DNA of 25,074 nt, from the NCBI GenBank assembly GCA_036149055.1, contig JAYZQJ010000046.1, positions 1 to 25,074 of the forward strand. The letters are read 5' to 3'. A model generated the notes under the pieces. The model saw only the letters and a list, made by a program, of their open reading frames with translations, did not search any database and had not been told where the DNA came from. This DNA comes from Myxococcota bacterium. GTDB lineage: Bacteria; Myxococcota_A; Polyangia; Polyangiales; Sandaracinaceae. A program made the translations under genes and the position numbers. Positions within the stretch are counted from its first letter, which is position 1. The number at the start of each line of letters is the position of its first letter. Positions 10,021 through 21,382 of this stretch are shown here, piece by piece.

Positions 10021-11181
10021 ATGAAGTGGCAGCGTTCCATTACGATGCGCGGGCTCATCGCCCTGGCGGCGCTCTCGGCCGGGCTCTCGGTCCCGGCGCT
10101 CGCGAGCGCCCAGAACGTGATCGTGCTCGGCGTCCGATCCCTCGACGGCGACGACGACTTCGCCCGGAACCTCACCGGAGGGCTCCGGCACGCGGCGGCC
10201 CAGGTCGACGGGTGGGAGGTGAGCGACCGCGAGGTCACGCTCGCCCAGATGGCGCTCGCCCACGGCTGCGACGACCCGAACCCGGGCTGCATGGCCGAGA
10301 TCGCCGACTCGCTCTCCGCCGAGCGCGTCATCTACGGCGACGTGCGCCGCACCAGCGCCGGCGAGCGCTTCGACTTCTCGGTGAACCTGCACCTGTTCAA
10401 CGGGGACTCGGACACGATCGAGCACTCGGTCGCCGACACCATCCCCGCCGTCCGCAGCGACATCGACGATCTCCGCGGGCACGTCCGCCGCTACATCGCC
10501 GCGCTCTCGGGCGCGCCGCGGGTCGGCAGCCTGCGAATCGCGGTCAACGTGCCGGGCGCGGAGGTCTTCGTCGACGGCGAGTCGGTGGGGCGCACCGACG
10601 CCGAGGGCACGCTCCTGGTCGAGAACGTCGAGACCGGGAACCGGAGCGTCCGGGTCGCGGCCGCGGGCCACCAGGGCATCCGCTCGACGATCGCGGTCGA
10701 GGCGTACGGCGAGGCGAGCTTCGACGCGGAGCTCGACCAGACGTCCAGCGGCGGCGGCGACGTGCCGACCGATCTCCTGCTCGGGAGCGGCCTCCTGGTC
10801 CTCGCCGGCGGGCTCACCGCCGCGTGGATCTACTCCTGGTACCACGTGACCGTGGACATCCAGAACGACGACCTCGTGGTGATGGCCCGGGAGAACGCCT
10901 TCCGCGGTGAGGACATCTGCGAGAAGAACATCATCGGCCGCGACGCCATGGGCCGCCTGAGCGTGGCCAACGAGGATCTGCACGGCCTCTGCCGCGAGGC
11001 CGGGACCTACGAGATCCTCGAGTTCGTCTTCGGCATCTCGGCCGCCGCGGCGGCCGGCGTGGGCGCCTACTTCCTGGTGCAGGCCCTCATGGGCGACGAC
11101 GCCCAGGGCGACTCGGCCTTCATGCTGATCCCCTCCATCACGCCCGACGGCGCGTCGCTGACCGCCCGCGGCAGCTTCTGA
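10021..11181 (+). CDS. Exported PEGA-domain protein, paralog 2
   Basis: Same architecture as 8795-9949 with a near-identical N-domain; ends FMLIPSITPDGASLTARGSF. Alternative start at 10045. Confidence 0.85.
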   Translation: MKWQRSITMRGLIALAALSAGLSVPALASAQNVIVLGVRSLDGDDDFARNLTGGLRHAAAQVDGWEVSDREVTLAQMALAHGCDDPNPGCMAEIADSLSAERVIYGDVRRTSAGERFDFSVNLHLFNGDSDTIEHSVADTIPAVRSDIDDLRGHVRRYIAALSGAPRVGSLRIAVNVPGAEVFVDGESVGRTDAEGTLLVENVETGNRSVRVAAAGHQGIRSTIAVEAYGEASFDAELDQTSSGGGDVPTDLLLGSGLLVLAGGLTAAWIYSWYHVTVDIQNDDLVVMARENAFRGEDICEKNIIGRDAMGRLSVANEDLHGLCREAGTYEILEFVFGISAAAAAGVGAYFLVQALMGDDAQGDSAFMLIPSITPDGASLTARGSF

Positions 11182-11190
11182 CGAGCCAGC

Positions 11191-11748
11191 GTGCGCATCG
11201 TCGGCGGGAGCCTGGGGGGGCGGCGCTTCTCCGGGCCTCCGGGTGACGCCACCCGGCCGACCTCGGAGCGCGTGCGCGAGGCGATCGCCTCGGCGCTCGA
11301 CGCCCGCGGATGGATCGAGGGCGCGGTGGTGCTCGACCTCTTCGCCGGGACCGGCGCGCTCGCCTTCGAGGCGCTCTCGCGGGGCGCGGACCGGGCGTTC
11401 CTCGTCGAGAAGAGCCGCTCGGTGGCGCGCGCGATCGACAAGAGCGCCCGGGAGCTGGGGCTCGAGGACCGGGCGAAGGTGATCCAGGCCGACCTGACGA
11501 AGGCCGGCTGGATGGACGGCGTCGAGCCGGCGTCGCTGGTCTTCCTCGACCCGCCCTACGCCGAGATCGCGCGGGTGGAGCCGCTGTTGTCCGCCCTCGC
11601 GGCGGCAGGCAAGCTCCAGCCCGACGCGGTCGTCGTCGTCGAGCACGCGCGCCGCGAGCCCCCCACCCTGCCCCCCGGCTTTGGCGAGGTCCGAAGCTAT
11701 CGCTATGGTGACACCGCCGTCCTGGTGGCGGCGTGGGAGAGTGAATGA
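11191..11748 (+). CDS. rsmD: 16S rRNA m2G966 methyltransferase RsmD
   Basis: [49 protein letters not shown]; adjacent to coaD as commonly seen. Confidence 0.93.
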   Translation: MRIVGGSLGGRRFSGPPGDATRPTSERVREAIASALDARGWIEGAVVLDLFAGTGALAFEALSRGADRAFLVEKSRSVARAIDKSARELGLEDRAKVIQADLTKAGWMDGVEPASLVFLDPPYAEIARVEPLLSALAAAGKLQPDAVVVVEHARREPPTLPPGFGEVRSYRYGDTAVLVAAWESE

Positions 11749-12224
11749 GCGCAGCCATCTACCCCGGCTCCTTCGACCCGATCACGAACGGCCACGTCAG
11801 CATCATCCAGAGCGGGCTCGTGTGCTTCGACCGCCTCGTGGTCGCGGTGCTGAAGAACCCGAAGAAGCGGTCGCTCTTCACCGTCGAGGAGCGGCTCGAG
11901 ATGATCCGCGAGGCGTTCGCGGACGAGCCGAACATCGAGGTGGACTCCTTCGACGGCCTGCTCGTCGACTACTGCCGCGAGAAGGAGGTCCGCGTGGTGC
12001 TGCGCGGCCTGCGCGCGGTGGCGGACTTCGAGTACGAGCTGCAGATGGCCAACATGAACCGTCACCTCAACGAGGAGGTCGAGACGGCGTTCCTCATGGC
12101 CAACGACGCCTACTTCTACGTCTCTTCCAACATCGTCAAGGAGGCGGCGACGCTGGGCGGCGACGTGTCGCGGCTGGTGCCGCCGTCGGTGGCGGAGAGG
12201 CTGCGGGCCAAGCTCGGCCGGTGA
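11745..12224 (+). CDS. coaD: Phosphopantetheine adenylyltransferase
   Basis: [44 protein letters not shown] overlap with rsmD. Confidence 0.97.
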   Translation: MSAAIYPGSFDPITNGHVSIIQSGLVCFDRLVVAVLKNPKKRSLFTVEERLEMIREAFADEPNIEVDSFDGLLVDYCREKEVRVVLRGLRAVADFEYELQMANMNRHLNEEVETAFLMANDAYFYVSSNIVKEAATLGGDVSRLVPPSVAERLRAKLGR

Positions 12225-13357
12225 CGCGGGGGGCGCGCGAGCCCCATCTCCACCAGCGCCGGCAGCTGCCGGGCGACGTCGAGGCCGACGCGGCCCACGC
12301 GCATGTGATCGATCGAGGTCTCGTCGGCCTCGAGCGCGGACCGCACGCGGAGCCAGCCGTGAAGGTAGCCGACGTCGCGCGCCACGCCGCCGCCGCGGTA
12401 CGCCCGCTCGGTGACCGCGATCGCGTCGGAGGCCGAGAAGTCGTGCGCGTCGACGAGCCAGCGGGCGGTCTCGCCGAAGGGCGCGCCGTCGTGCATGCGG
12501 TCGGTGACGAGCACGCGGGCGGCGATGATGCGGAGCCGGTAGGCGTCGAGCACCCCGGCGCGCTCCTCGAGGCAGAGGCAGAGCCCCTCCTGCGACGAGA
12601 ACGATCCCGCGGTGCCGATCTCGAAGAGGCGGATGGGCTGGTCGCGGGCGTTCGCGGCGGCGACCGCGTGCCCGAGCACCTCGTGCACCGCGAAGCGCAG
12701 CGACTCCGCGCGCCCGAACGAGCGCGGCGCGAGGAAGACGGTGCGGTCACCGGTGGCCGCGCCGGCGCTCAGCCGCGGCTCGATCTTCACGTCGATGTCG
12801 AGCCCCGCCGACCGCGCCACCGCGAGCATCAGCGCGGCGAGCGAGAGCGTCCCGTTCGGCCCGGAGGCGGGCACCACGCGCTCCTCCTCGCGGTGCGGGA
12901 GCGAGTCCATCAGCGTGCGCGCGACGCCGCCGAGGGTGACGTCGCCGTCGTCGAGCGGCACCCGCGTCCTGCCGGTCCCGAAGCGGCGCGCGGCGAGCGG
13001 CCGGATGCGCTTGCTCTCGCCGAGCGCCTCGATCATCGCCAGCTCGACCTCGAGCTCCTCGAGCCGATCCTCGTAGAGGCTCGCCACCGGGAGGTGCGCC
13101 ACGAGCCGACGCGCGGCGTCGAGCATGCGCCACACCTCGGGCTCGACGCGGCGGCGCGAGAGCTCCCAGCGCGGCCCCGGCGTCTCGCCGCGCTCGACGG
13201 CGTCGACCAGCCGCGCCCGCTCGACCGCCGCGTTCTCCGCGGTCAGCGCAGGCAGCAGCCGGGCCACGTCGGCGATCCGCTTCATGAGCGCGTCGGCCTC
13301 TCGCAGCTCGCGCGGCACGACGGAAGCGTGAATACGGCGACGCATCGTTTCGATCAC
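12116..13357 (-). CDS. DUF1704/MATCAP-family (QEGLA-motif) putative metallocarboxypeptidase
   Basis: HEVLGH (HExxxH), SSQEGL, RAYRGGG..RDVGYL.G, ending VGRV. Start is 13357 (GTG) or 13345 (ATG). Confidence 0.8.
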   Translation of the reverse strand: MIETMRRRIHASVVPRELREADALMKRIADVARLLPALTAENAAVERARLVDAVERGETPGPRWELSRRRVEPEVWRMLDAARRLVAHLPVASLYEDRLEELEVELAMIEALGESKRIRPLAARRFGTGRTRVPLDDGDVTLGGVARTLMDSLPHREEERVVPASGPNGTLSLAALMLAVARSAGLDIDVKIEPRLSAGAATGDRTVFLAPRSFGRAESLRFAVHEVLGHAVAAANARDQPIRLFEIGTAGSFSSQEGLCLCLEERAGVLDAYRLRIIAARVLVTDRMHDGAPFGETARWLVDAHDFSASDAIAVTERAYRGGGVARDVGYLHGWLRVRSALEADETSIDHMRVGRVGLDVARQLPALVEMGLARPPRHRPSLARSLSATDGGTSRDTSPPSVAASLTMLEET

Positions 13358-13473
13358 CGAACGTAGCAGGCGCGATCGGGAGCGTCACATCGAAGCTGGA
13401 CCTACAGCAGGATCCGAGCGCAGGTGTTACCCTGTGCGGGAGCAGGTCGCATCGGCCGCGGCCCGGAGGATTC

Positions 13474-15516
<2,043 letters not shown>

Positions 15517-15531
<15 letters not shown>

Positions 15532-15558
15532 ACGTGAAGAAGTAGCCGCCAAGAAGTA
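15517..15558 (+). repeat. 3 x 14-bp tandem repeat covering the prkA stop codon
   Basis: GACGTCAAGAAGTA / GACGTGAAGAAGTA / GCCGCCAAGAAGTA at 15517, 15531 and 15545; each is followed by G, giving TAG. Confidence 0.88.
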
Positions 15559-15604
15559 GCCGTCTCGCTGGACGCCTCGGGGCCGCCAGACCTACAACTG
15601 CCGC

Positions 15605-16390
15605 ATGCGTCGGTGGTGGGTCCTGGCGGCCGCGCTCGTTTGTGGGGGCTGCAACTTCGCCGCGTACTTCGCGCGGAACAACAACGAGCCCATGCAGGCG
15701 CTCGAGGCGCGCATGGATCCGCACGTGCGCCGGAGCTGCCTGGTGGTCTTCATGCCCGGCATGCTCGACACGCCGGACAACTTCGTCGACGCCGGCTTCC
15801 TCGACGCCGCCGCCCGCGCCTCGAGCCGCTGCGACCTCGTCGCGATCGACGCGCACTTCGGCTACTACCGGGCCGGCATCATCCGGCAGCGGGTGGCCGA
15901 GGACGTGCTCCGGCGGGCCGAGCTGCGCGGCTACGAGGACATCTGGCTCGTCGGCATCTCGATGGGCGGCCTCGGCGCGCTGATGGTCGCGCAGCAGAAC
16001 GCGGACCGGATCCGCGGCGTCGTGCTGCTCGCGCCCTTCCTCGGGGACGCGGCGCTCGTGCAGTCGGTGGAGGACGCCGGCGGGCTCGCGCGCTGGACGC
16101 CGCCCGAGGACGCCGACCCGTGGGACGAAGACGAGTTCGACGACGCCCTCTGGGCCTGGCTCACGGGCTACGCGAGCCGCCCGGACGACATGCCGGAGCT
16201 CTACGTCGCGGTCGGCACCGAGGACTCGCTCCGCCCCGGCATCGGCATCCTCGCCGCCGCCCTCCCGCCCCGCCACCACGGGACCGCGCCCGGCGGCCAC
16301 GGCTGGGTCACCTGGCGGGTGCTCTTCGCCGAGCTGCTCGAGAGCCCGCCCTGGGACCCCCGCCCGACGCATGCCCCTGGATGGGGATGA
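15605..16390 (+). CDS. Alpha/beta-hydrolase (esterase-like), probable lipoprotein
   Basis: Nucleophile elbow GISMGG, VGTEDSL, GGHGW; N-terminal hydrophobic stretch ending LVCGGC. Confidence 0.85.
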   Translation: MRRWWVLAAALVCGGCNFAAYFARNNNEPMQALEARMDPHVRRSCLVVFMPGMLDTPDNFVDAGFLDAAARASSRCDLVAIDAHFGYYRAGIIRQRVAEDVLRRAELRGYEDIWLVGISMGGLGALMVAQQNADRIRGVVLLAPFLGDAALVQSVEDAGGLARWTPPEDADPWDEDEFDDALWAWLTGYASRPDDMPELYVAVGTEDSLRPGIGILAAALPPRHHGTAPGGHGWVTWRVLFAELLESPPWDPRPTHAPGWG

Positions 16391-16424
16391 AGGCAGGAGC
16401 GCGCGTTCGGGTATGATGCGCGCG

Positions 16425-17309
16425 ATGCGACGACTTCCCTTCCTGGTGGCGCTCCTCGTTCTGGTGCCGGCGACGGCCTCCGCGCAGGAGGCCCGCGAGC
16501 TCTTCCTCCAGGGCCAGGCGGCCTACGAGACGGGCGACTACGACACCGCGGTCCGCAACTGGGAGCGGGCCTACGAGATGGATCCGCGCCCCCTGCTCCA
16601 GTACAACCTCGCGCAGGCGTACGAGCGGCTCGGGCACCTCGATCGCGCGGTCGCGGCCTACCGCATCTACGTCGAGAACACCCCGGGCGACGACCCGCGG
16701 GCCCAGAACGCGCGGGCCCGGATCGCGTCGCTCGAGCAGCGGGTCGGGAACACCAGCATCCTGCTGACCGGAGGGGTCGAGGGCGCCGCCATCCTGGTCG
16801 ATGGCGAGGACCGCGGGCGCCTCCCGCACCCCGACCCGCTCCGCGTCGAGCCCGGGAGCCACCGCGTGGTCGTCCGCGCCGAGGGCCACGAGGACTTCGT
16901 CTCGGTCGTCGCGGTGAGCGCGGGGCAGAGCGTCGAGGTCGCGGTGGAGCTGGTGGCCGGCGTGTCGGGTCAGGCGGCGACCACCACGAGCGGCGGCGGC
17001 GGCGGGATCTCGATGGTCGGCGTCGCGGTCGCGGCCGGCGGCGGCGCGATCCTGATCGGCGGCGCGATCACCGGCGGGCTCGCGCTCGCGGCGGCCGGCA
17101 GCGCGCCCAGCAACGAGGGCCCCGAGGCCGACGAGGCCCGCACCCTCGCCCTGGTCACCGACATCCTGCTCCCGGTCGGCGCGGTCGCGGTGGCCGCCGG
17201 GGTGGTGCTCATGTTCGTGCTCGACGACGGCGGCTCCGGGGAGTCGGCCATGGTCGTGCCGATGCTCGGCCCCGACATCGCCGGCGCCCAGGTCGTCGGC
17301 GCGTTCTGA
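16425..17309 (+). CDS. Exported TPR + PEGA protein with C-terminal hydrophobic helices and ...GAF end
   Basis: Signal peptide ASA-Q; TPR ARELFLQGQAAYETGDY..LQYNLAQAYERLG; PEGA GAAILVDG..LRVEPGSHRVVVRAEGH. ATG 16425 lies 7 nt after TATGAT. Confidence 0.87.
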   Translation: MRRLPFLVALLVLVPATASAQEARELFLQGQAAYETGDYDTAVRNWERAYEMDPRPLLQYNLAQAYERLGHLDRAVAAYRIYVENTPGDDPRAQNARARIASLEQRVGNTSILLTGGVEGAAILVDGEDRGRLPHPDPLRVEPGSHRVVVRAEGHEDFVSVVAVSAGQSVEVAVELVAGVSGQAATTTSGGGGGISMVGVAVAAGGGAILIGGAITGGLALAAAGSAPSNEGPEADEARTLALVTDILLPVGAVAVAAGVVLMFVLDDGGSGESAMVVPMLGPDIAGAQVVGAF

Positions 17310-17312
17310 CCG

Positions 17313-18650
17313 TCAGCGGCAGGCCTGGCGCCGGGAGCCGTTGAACACGGTGCAGAGGCGCCCCGAGCCGCCGCACGAGTTGTAGCGGGCGGTGACCCCG
17401 CAGTCGGGGGACTGCGCGAAGCAGCTGCCCCCGATGATGCAGATGAACGTGCAGCCGTTGGGGTTGGAGTCGCTGTCCCGGTTGGCGAAGCCGCTCCCGC
17501 ACCCGCTGCTGCAGGTGGAGCCGCTCGGCACGCAGCCGTACTGCCGGCTGTGTCCGCCGCTGCAGTCGTAGTCGTAGCGCAGGCTGCCGGACGAGCCGGG
17601 GATCGGGACGTCGAAGTACCGGGTCTGGCCGGGGAAGACGTCGCCGTTCGCGTCGTTGCAGTCGGTGCTCGGCTGCCCGACCGGCCGCACGCTCGTCCAC
17701 GCGCCCCCGGCGCACCCGGCCGGCGGGGAGGTCGGCGGGTCGCAGCTCGGCCCCACCGCGCCCGTGGTGTCGGCCGCGAAGCCGTCCCCGTCGCAGTCGA
17801 TGTACCAGGTGGGCGCGGAGTCATCGACGACGCCGTTGCAGTCGTTGTCCTCGCCGTCGCAGAGCTCCTCCGCGCCGTCGAAGATGGTGTCATCGGTGTC
17901 GTCGCAGTCGGTCCCGCAGGTGCCGAGCGAGGTCGGCGCCTGCCCGTCTCCGTCGGCGTCGGCGATCGGGTTCGCGCAGCCCGTCTCGGGATCGCAGACG
18001 TCCTCGGTGCAGGGATCCTCGTCGGCGCAGTCCAGCGGCTCGCCCGCGACGCAGGCGTTCGTCGTGGTGTCGCAGGTCTCGGACCCGTTGCAGACCGTCT
18101 CGTCGACGCAGTCCACGTCCTCGAGGCACGAGAGCGTGCAGTCGTTGTCGCAGCCGTCGCGCTCGACGTCGTTGCCGTCGTCGCAGACCTCGTCGCCCTC
18201 GAGCAGGCCGTTGCCGCAGCCGGCGCTCACGCACTCGCCGGCCCGGCAGACGCCCTCCTCGCCCTCGAGATCGCAGGTCGAGCCGTCGGCCGGAGGCTCC
18301 GAGACCACGCAGGCGTGGGTCTCCAGATCGCAGCTCGGGCTGCCGCCGCAGGGCACGCCCTCACCGCAGTCGACGTCGGCCACGCAGGAGAAGGTGCAGT
18401 CCGCGTCGCATCCGTCGTCGTCGACCCGGTTCTCGTCGTCGCACTCCTCGCCGTCCTCCACGTCGACGAAGCCATCGCCGCAGATGCTCAGCTCGCACTC
18501 GCCGTCGAGGCAGATGAGCCCGCTGCCGCACGCGGTCCCGTCGGCGGCGTCGGCGCAGTCCGCGGTCTCTCCGCGGTTCGCGAGCTCGCCGTCGACGACG
18601 ATCGAGCAGCCGGTCAGAAGAACGAGGCCGAGGCGCGAGAGTCGAAGCAT
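17313..18650 (-). CDS. Cys/Asp-rich repeat lipoprotein, paralog B (Myxococcus cysteine-rich repeats, CTxDxC repeat, DCDD..ELCDG.DNDC metal-binding motif)
   Basis: Lipobox LLTGC; CGDG..EECDD....DGC twice; CADEDPCTEDVCD; DCDDTDDTIFDGAEELCDGEDNDCNG; WYIDCDGDG. Confidence 0.87.
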   Translation of the reverse strand: MLRLSRLGLVLLTGCSIVVDGELANRGETADCADAADGTACGSGLICLDGECELSICGDGFVDVEDGEECDDENRVDDDGCDADCTFSCVADVDCGEGVPCGGSPSCDLETHACVVSEPPADGSTCDLEGEEGVCRAGECVSAGCGNGLLEGDEVCDDGNDVERDGCDNDCTLSCLEDVDCVDETVCNGSETCDTTTNACVAGEPLDCADEDPCTEDVCDPETGCANPIADADGDGQAPTSLGTCGTDCDDTDDTIFDGAEELCDGEDNDCNGVVDDSAPTWYIDCDGDGFAADTTGAVGPSCDPPTSPPAGCAGGAWTSVRPVGQPSTDCNDANGDVFPGQTRYFDVPIPGSSGSLRYDYDCSGGHSRQYGCVPSGSTCSSGCGSGFANRDSDSNPNGCTFICIIGGSCFAQSPDCGVTARYNSCGGSGRLCTVFNGSRRQACR

Positions 18651-18687
18651 GGTCCCCCTGCGCGGAGGATAGCGCAGGTCCGCCGCG

Positions 18688-20163
18688 TCAGCGGCACCCC
18701 ATGCGCTCGGTCCGGGTGCTCCGGGTGCAGCGCACGTAGGCCCACGGGCAGCCGCGCGTGCCCGGCGTGCAGCAAGGGGGGCGCGGACAGTCGCACATGG
18801 GCGAGTCCTGGGTGCACTCCAGAGAGTAGCCGCGGCAGGCGAGCGCGGTGCTGCCCGGGCAGTACTCGGGCGCGTTGCACGCCGTGAAGCTCCCCGAGCC
18901 GCCGCAGCTCGGCGCGCTCGAGCCGGTCCAGCCCGCCGACCCGCTGCACTGCTCCGTGAAGCACACCGGGACCCCGAAGGGCGGAGTGAAGCAGCGCGGC
19001 GCCAGATACTCGCAGCTCCCGCTGCTGTCGGCGCCGGTCGAGGTGGTGAGCTCGCGGTTCACCGCGCCGTTGCAGTCGTAGTTCTCGTAGCGCGCGTCCC
19101 CGCTGCAGCCGCTGCAGGGGTGGGGCGAGGTGAAGTAGGCCGTCTGCCCGGGGCGCATGTTGGCGTTGGCGTCGTTGCAGTCGGTCGTGCTCGCGTCGAT
19201 CGGCCGGCGGCTGGTCCATCCCCCGCCGCAGCCGGTGGCGCTCGAGGGCGGCGCGTCACAGCTCACCCGGCTGGAGTCGGTGCCGGCCGCGTAGCCGTCC
19301 TCGTCGCAGTCGATGTACCAGGTCGGCGAGTCCTCGTCGGTGGCGGCGTCGCAGTCGTTGTCCATCCCGTCGCACAGCTCGGGCGCCATCGGGTAGCGAT
19401 CGTCGCGGGTGTCGTCGCAGTCGTCGCCGCACGCGCCGAGCTCCATCGGCGCGTGGCCGTCGCCGTCCATGTCGATCAGCGGGTTGAAGCAGCCGCCCAT
19501 CGCGTCGTCGCAGAGATCGTCGGTGCAGGGATCGTCGTCGTTGCAGTCGGTCGGCGTCCCGGCCACGCAGGTGTGCGTCTCCAGGTCGCAGGTCTCGATC
19601 CCGGTGCACATCACCATGTCGTCGCAGTCCGAGTCGGCGGTGCAGGTGAAGGCGCAGAGGGTGGTGCAGCCGTCGGAGTCGACCTCGTTCATGTCGTCGC
19701 AGTCCTCGCCCGCGTCGACCACGCCGTTGCCGCAGCCGGCCGGAGCGCACGCGCCGCTCGCGTTGCAGACCCCGTCCGGCACCTCGTCGGTCTCGCACGG
19801 CGTGCCCGCCGGGAGCGGGTCGCCGAGCGCGCAGGCGTTGTCGACGCAGCTGTAGACGCCCGCGCAGGGATCGGTCGCGTCGCAGTCCACGTCGTCGACG
19901 CAGTCGAAGCGGCACGCCGTGCAGCCGTCGCCCGGCTCGTCGTTGCCGTCCTCGCACTCCTCGTCGTCGAGGGGGTCGACGTAGCCGTCGCCGCAGATGC
20001 TGCTGACGCAGGCTCCGTCGACGCAGATCCGGTCGTCGTCACACTCGGTGCCGTCGGCCTCGACCTCGCAGTCGATGTCCTTGTTGGAGAGCTCGCCGTC
20101 CACGAGGACGGAGCAGCCGGCGCAGGCGAGGATGGCGAAGAGGAGATGGACGCGTGCACGCAC
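18688..20163 (-). CDS. Cys/Asp-rich repeat lipoprotein, paralog A
   Basis: GTG 20163 after a GGGGG SD-like run and TGCTATGCT; lipobox CAGC; same module order as 17313-18650 with a longer, different C-terminus. The upstream part of ORF 18688..21384 is a yeaH shadow. Confidence 0.87.
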   Translation of the reverse strand: MRARVHLLFAILACAGCSVLVDGELSNKDIDCEVEADGTECDDDRICVDGACVSSICGDGYVDPLDDEECEDGNDEPGDGCTACRFDCVDDVDCDATDPCAGVYSCVDNACALGDPLPAGTPCETDEVPDGVCNASGACAPAGCGNGVVDAGEDCDDMNEVDSDGCTTLCAFTCTADSDCDDMVMCTGIETCDLETHTCVAGTPTDCNDDDPCTDDLCDDAMGGCFNPLIDMDGDGHAPMELGACGDDCDDTRDDRYPMAPELCDGMDNDCDAATDEDSPTWYIDCDEDGYAAGTDSSRVSCDAPPSSATGCGGGWTSRRPIDASTTDCNDANANMRPGQTAYFTSPHPCSGCSGDARYENYDCNGAVNRELTTSTGADSSGSCEYLAPRCFTPPFGVPVCFTEQCSGSAGWTGSSAPSCGGSGSFTACNAPEYCPGSTALACRGYSLECTQDSPMCDCPRPPCCTPGTRGCPWAYVRCTRSTRTERMGCR

Positions 20164-20268
20164 TGGGACCCCCGAGAAGCAAGTCGCGCGAGCATAGCAC
20201 CGGCCGACGAGGGTGACAGACCGCGGTCTTCGGTAGCCAGGGGGTGAGGACACCTCTATCCTGCGGAC

Positions 20269-21378
20269 GTGTCCCTTCGCATCGACCAGGACCACAGCCG
20301 GTTCAAACAGATCGTTCGCGGGCGGATCCGGAAGAACCTGCGCCAGTACATCTCCCAGGGGGAGCTGATCGGCAAGCAGGGCAAGGACGTCGTCAGCATC
20401 CCCATCCCGCAGATCGACATCCCCAAGTTCCGCTACGGGGACAAGCAGCAGGGGGGCGTGGGGCAAGGCGAAGGCGACGAGGGCGATCCCGTCGGCGGCG
20501 AAGAGGGCGAGGGCGAAGGCACCGGGCAGGCCGGCAAGGACGCCGGGCAGCACGTCCTCGAGGTCGACGTCACGCTCGACGAGCTGGCCGAGATCCTCGG
20601 CGAGGAGCTCGAGCTCCCGAACATCGAGAACCGCGGCAAGTCGAAGATCATCGATCAGAAGGACCGCTACGTCGGCATCCGCCGGGTGGGCCCGAACTCG
20701 CTGCGTCACTTCAAGCGCACCTACAAGGCGGCGCTGAAGCGACAGATCGTGATGGGGACCTACAACGACGAGAACCCCATCGTGATCCCGACGCGCGACG
20801 ACATGCGCTACCGCTCCTGGAAGACGGAGGAGGAGCCGGTCGCGAACGCGGTGATCATCTACATGATGGACGTCTCCGGCTCGATGGGCGACGAGCAGAA
20901 GGAGATCGTGCGCATCGAGTCCTTCTGGATCGACGCCTGGCTGCAGAAGCAATACAAGGGCGTCGAGACCCGGTTCATCATCCACGACGCGGTCGCGCGC
21001 GAGGTGGACCGCGACACGTTCTTCCGCACGCGCGAGAGCGGCGGCACGATGATCTCGAGCGCCTACAAGCTCGCCGCGCAGATCATCGACAAGGACTACC
21101 CGCCGGCCGAGTGGAACATCTACCCGTTCCACTTCTCCGACGGCGACAACTGGAGCGTGGACGACACCTTGCTGTGCATCGAGCTGATGAAGAAGACGCT
21201 CCTGCCGGCCAGCAACGTGTTCTGCTACGGCCAGGTCGAGAGCCCCTACGGGAGCGGACAGTTCATCAAGGACCTCCGCGAGCACCTGAAGTCCGACGAA
21301 CGCATCATCACCAGCGAGATCCGGGACCGCGACGCGATCGTCGGCTCGATCCGCGATTTCCTCGGCCGAGGGAAGTGA
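20269..21378 (+). CDS. yeaH: YeaH/YhbH (DUF444) protein with VWA/MIDAS-like C-terminal domain
   Basis: GGVGQGEG Gly-rich segment, [22 protein letters not shown] (DxSxS), [14 protein letters not shown]. Confidence 0.95.
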   Translation: MSLRIDQDHSRFKQIVRGRIRKNLRQYISQGELIGKQGKDVVSIPIPQIDIPKFRYGDKQQGGVGQGEGDEGDPVGGEEGEGEGTGQAGKDAGQHVLEVDVTLDELAEILGEELELPNIENRGKSKIIDQKDRYVGIRRVGPNSLRHFKRTYKAALKRQIVMGTYNDENPIVIPTRDDMRYRSWKTEEEPVANAVIIYMMDVSGSMGDEQKEIVRIESFWIDAWLQKQYKGVETRFIIHDAVAREVDRDTFFRTRESGGTMISSAYKLAAQIIDKDYPPAEWNIYPFHFSDGDNWSVDDTLLCIELMKKTLLPASNVFCYGQVESPYGSGQFIKDLREHLKSDERIITSEIRDRDAIVGSIRDFLGRGK

Positions 21379-21382
21379 GCGC

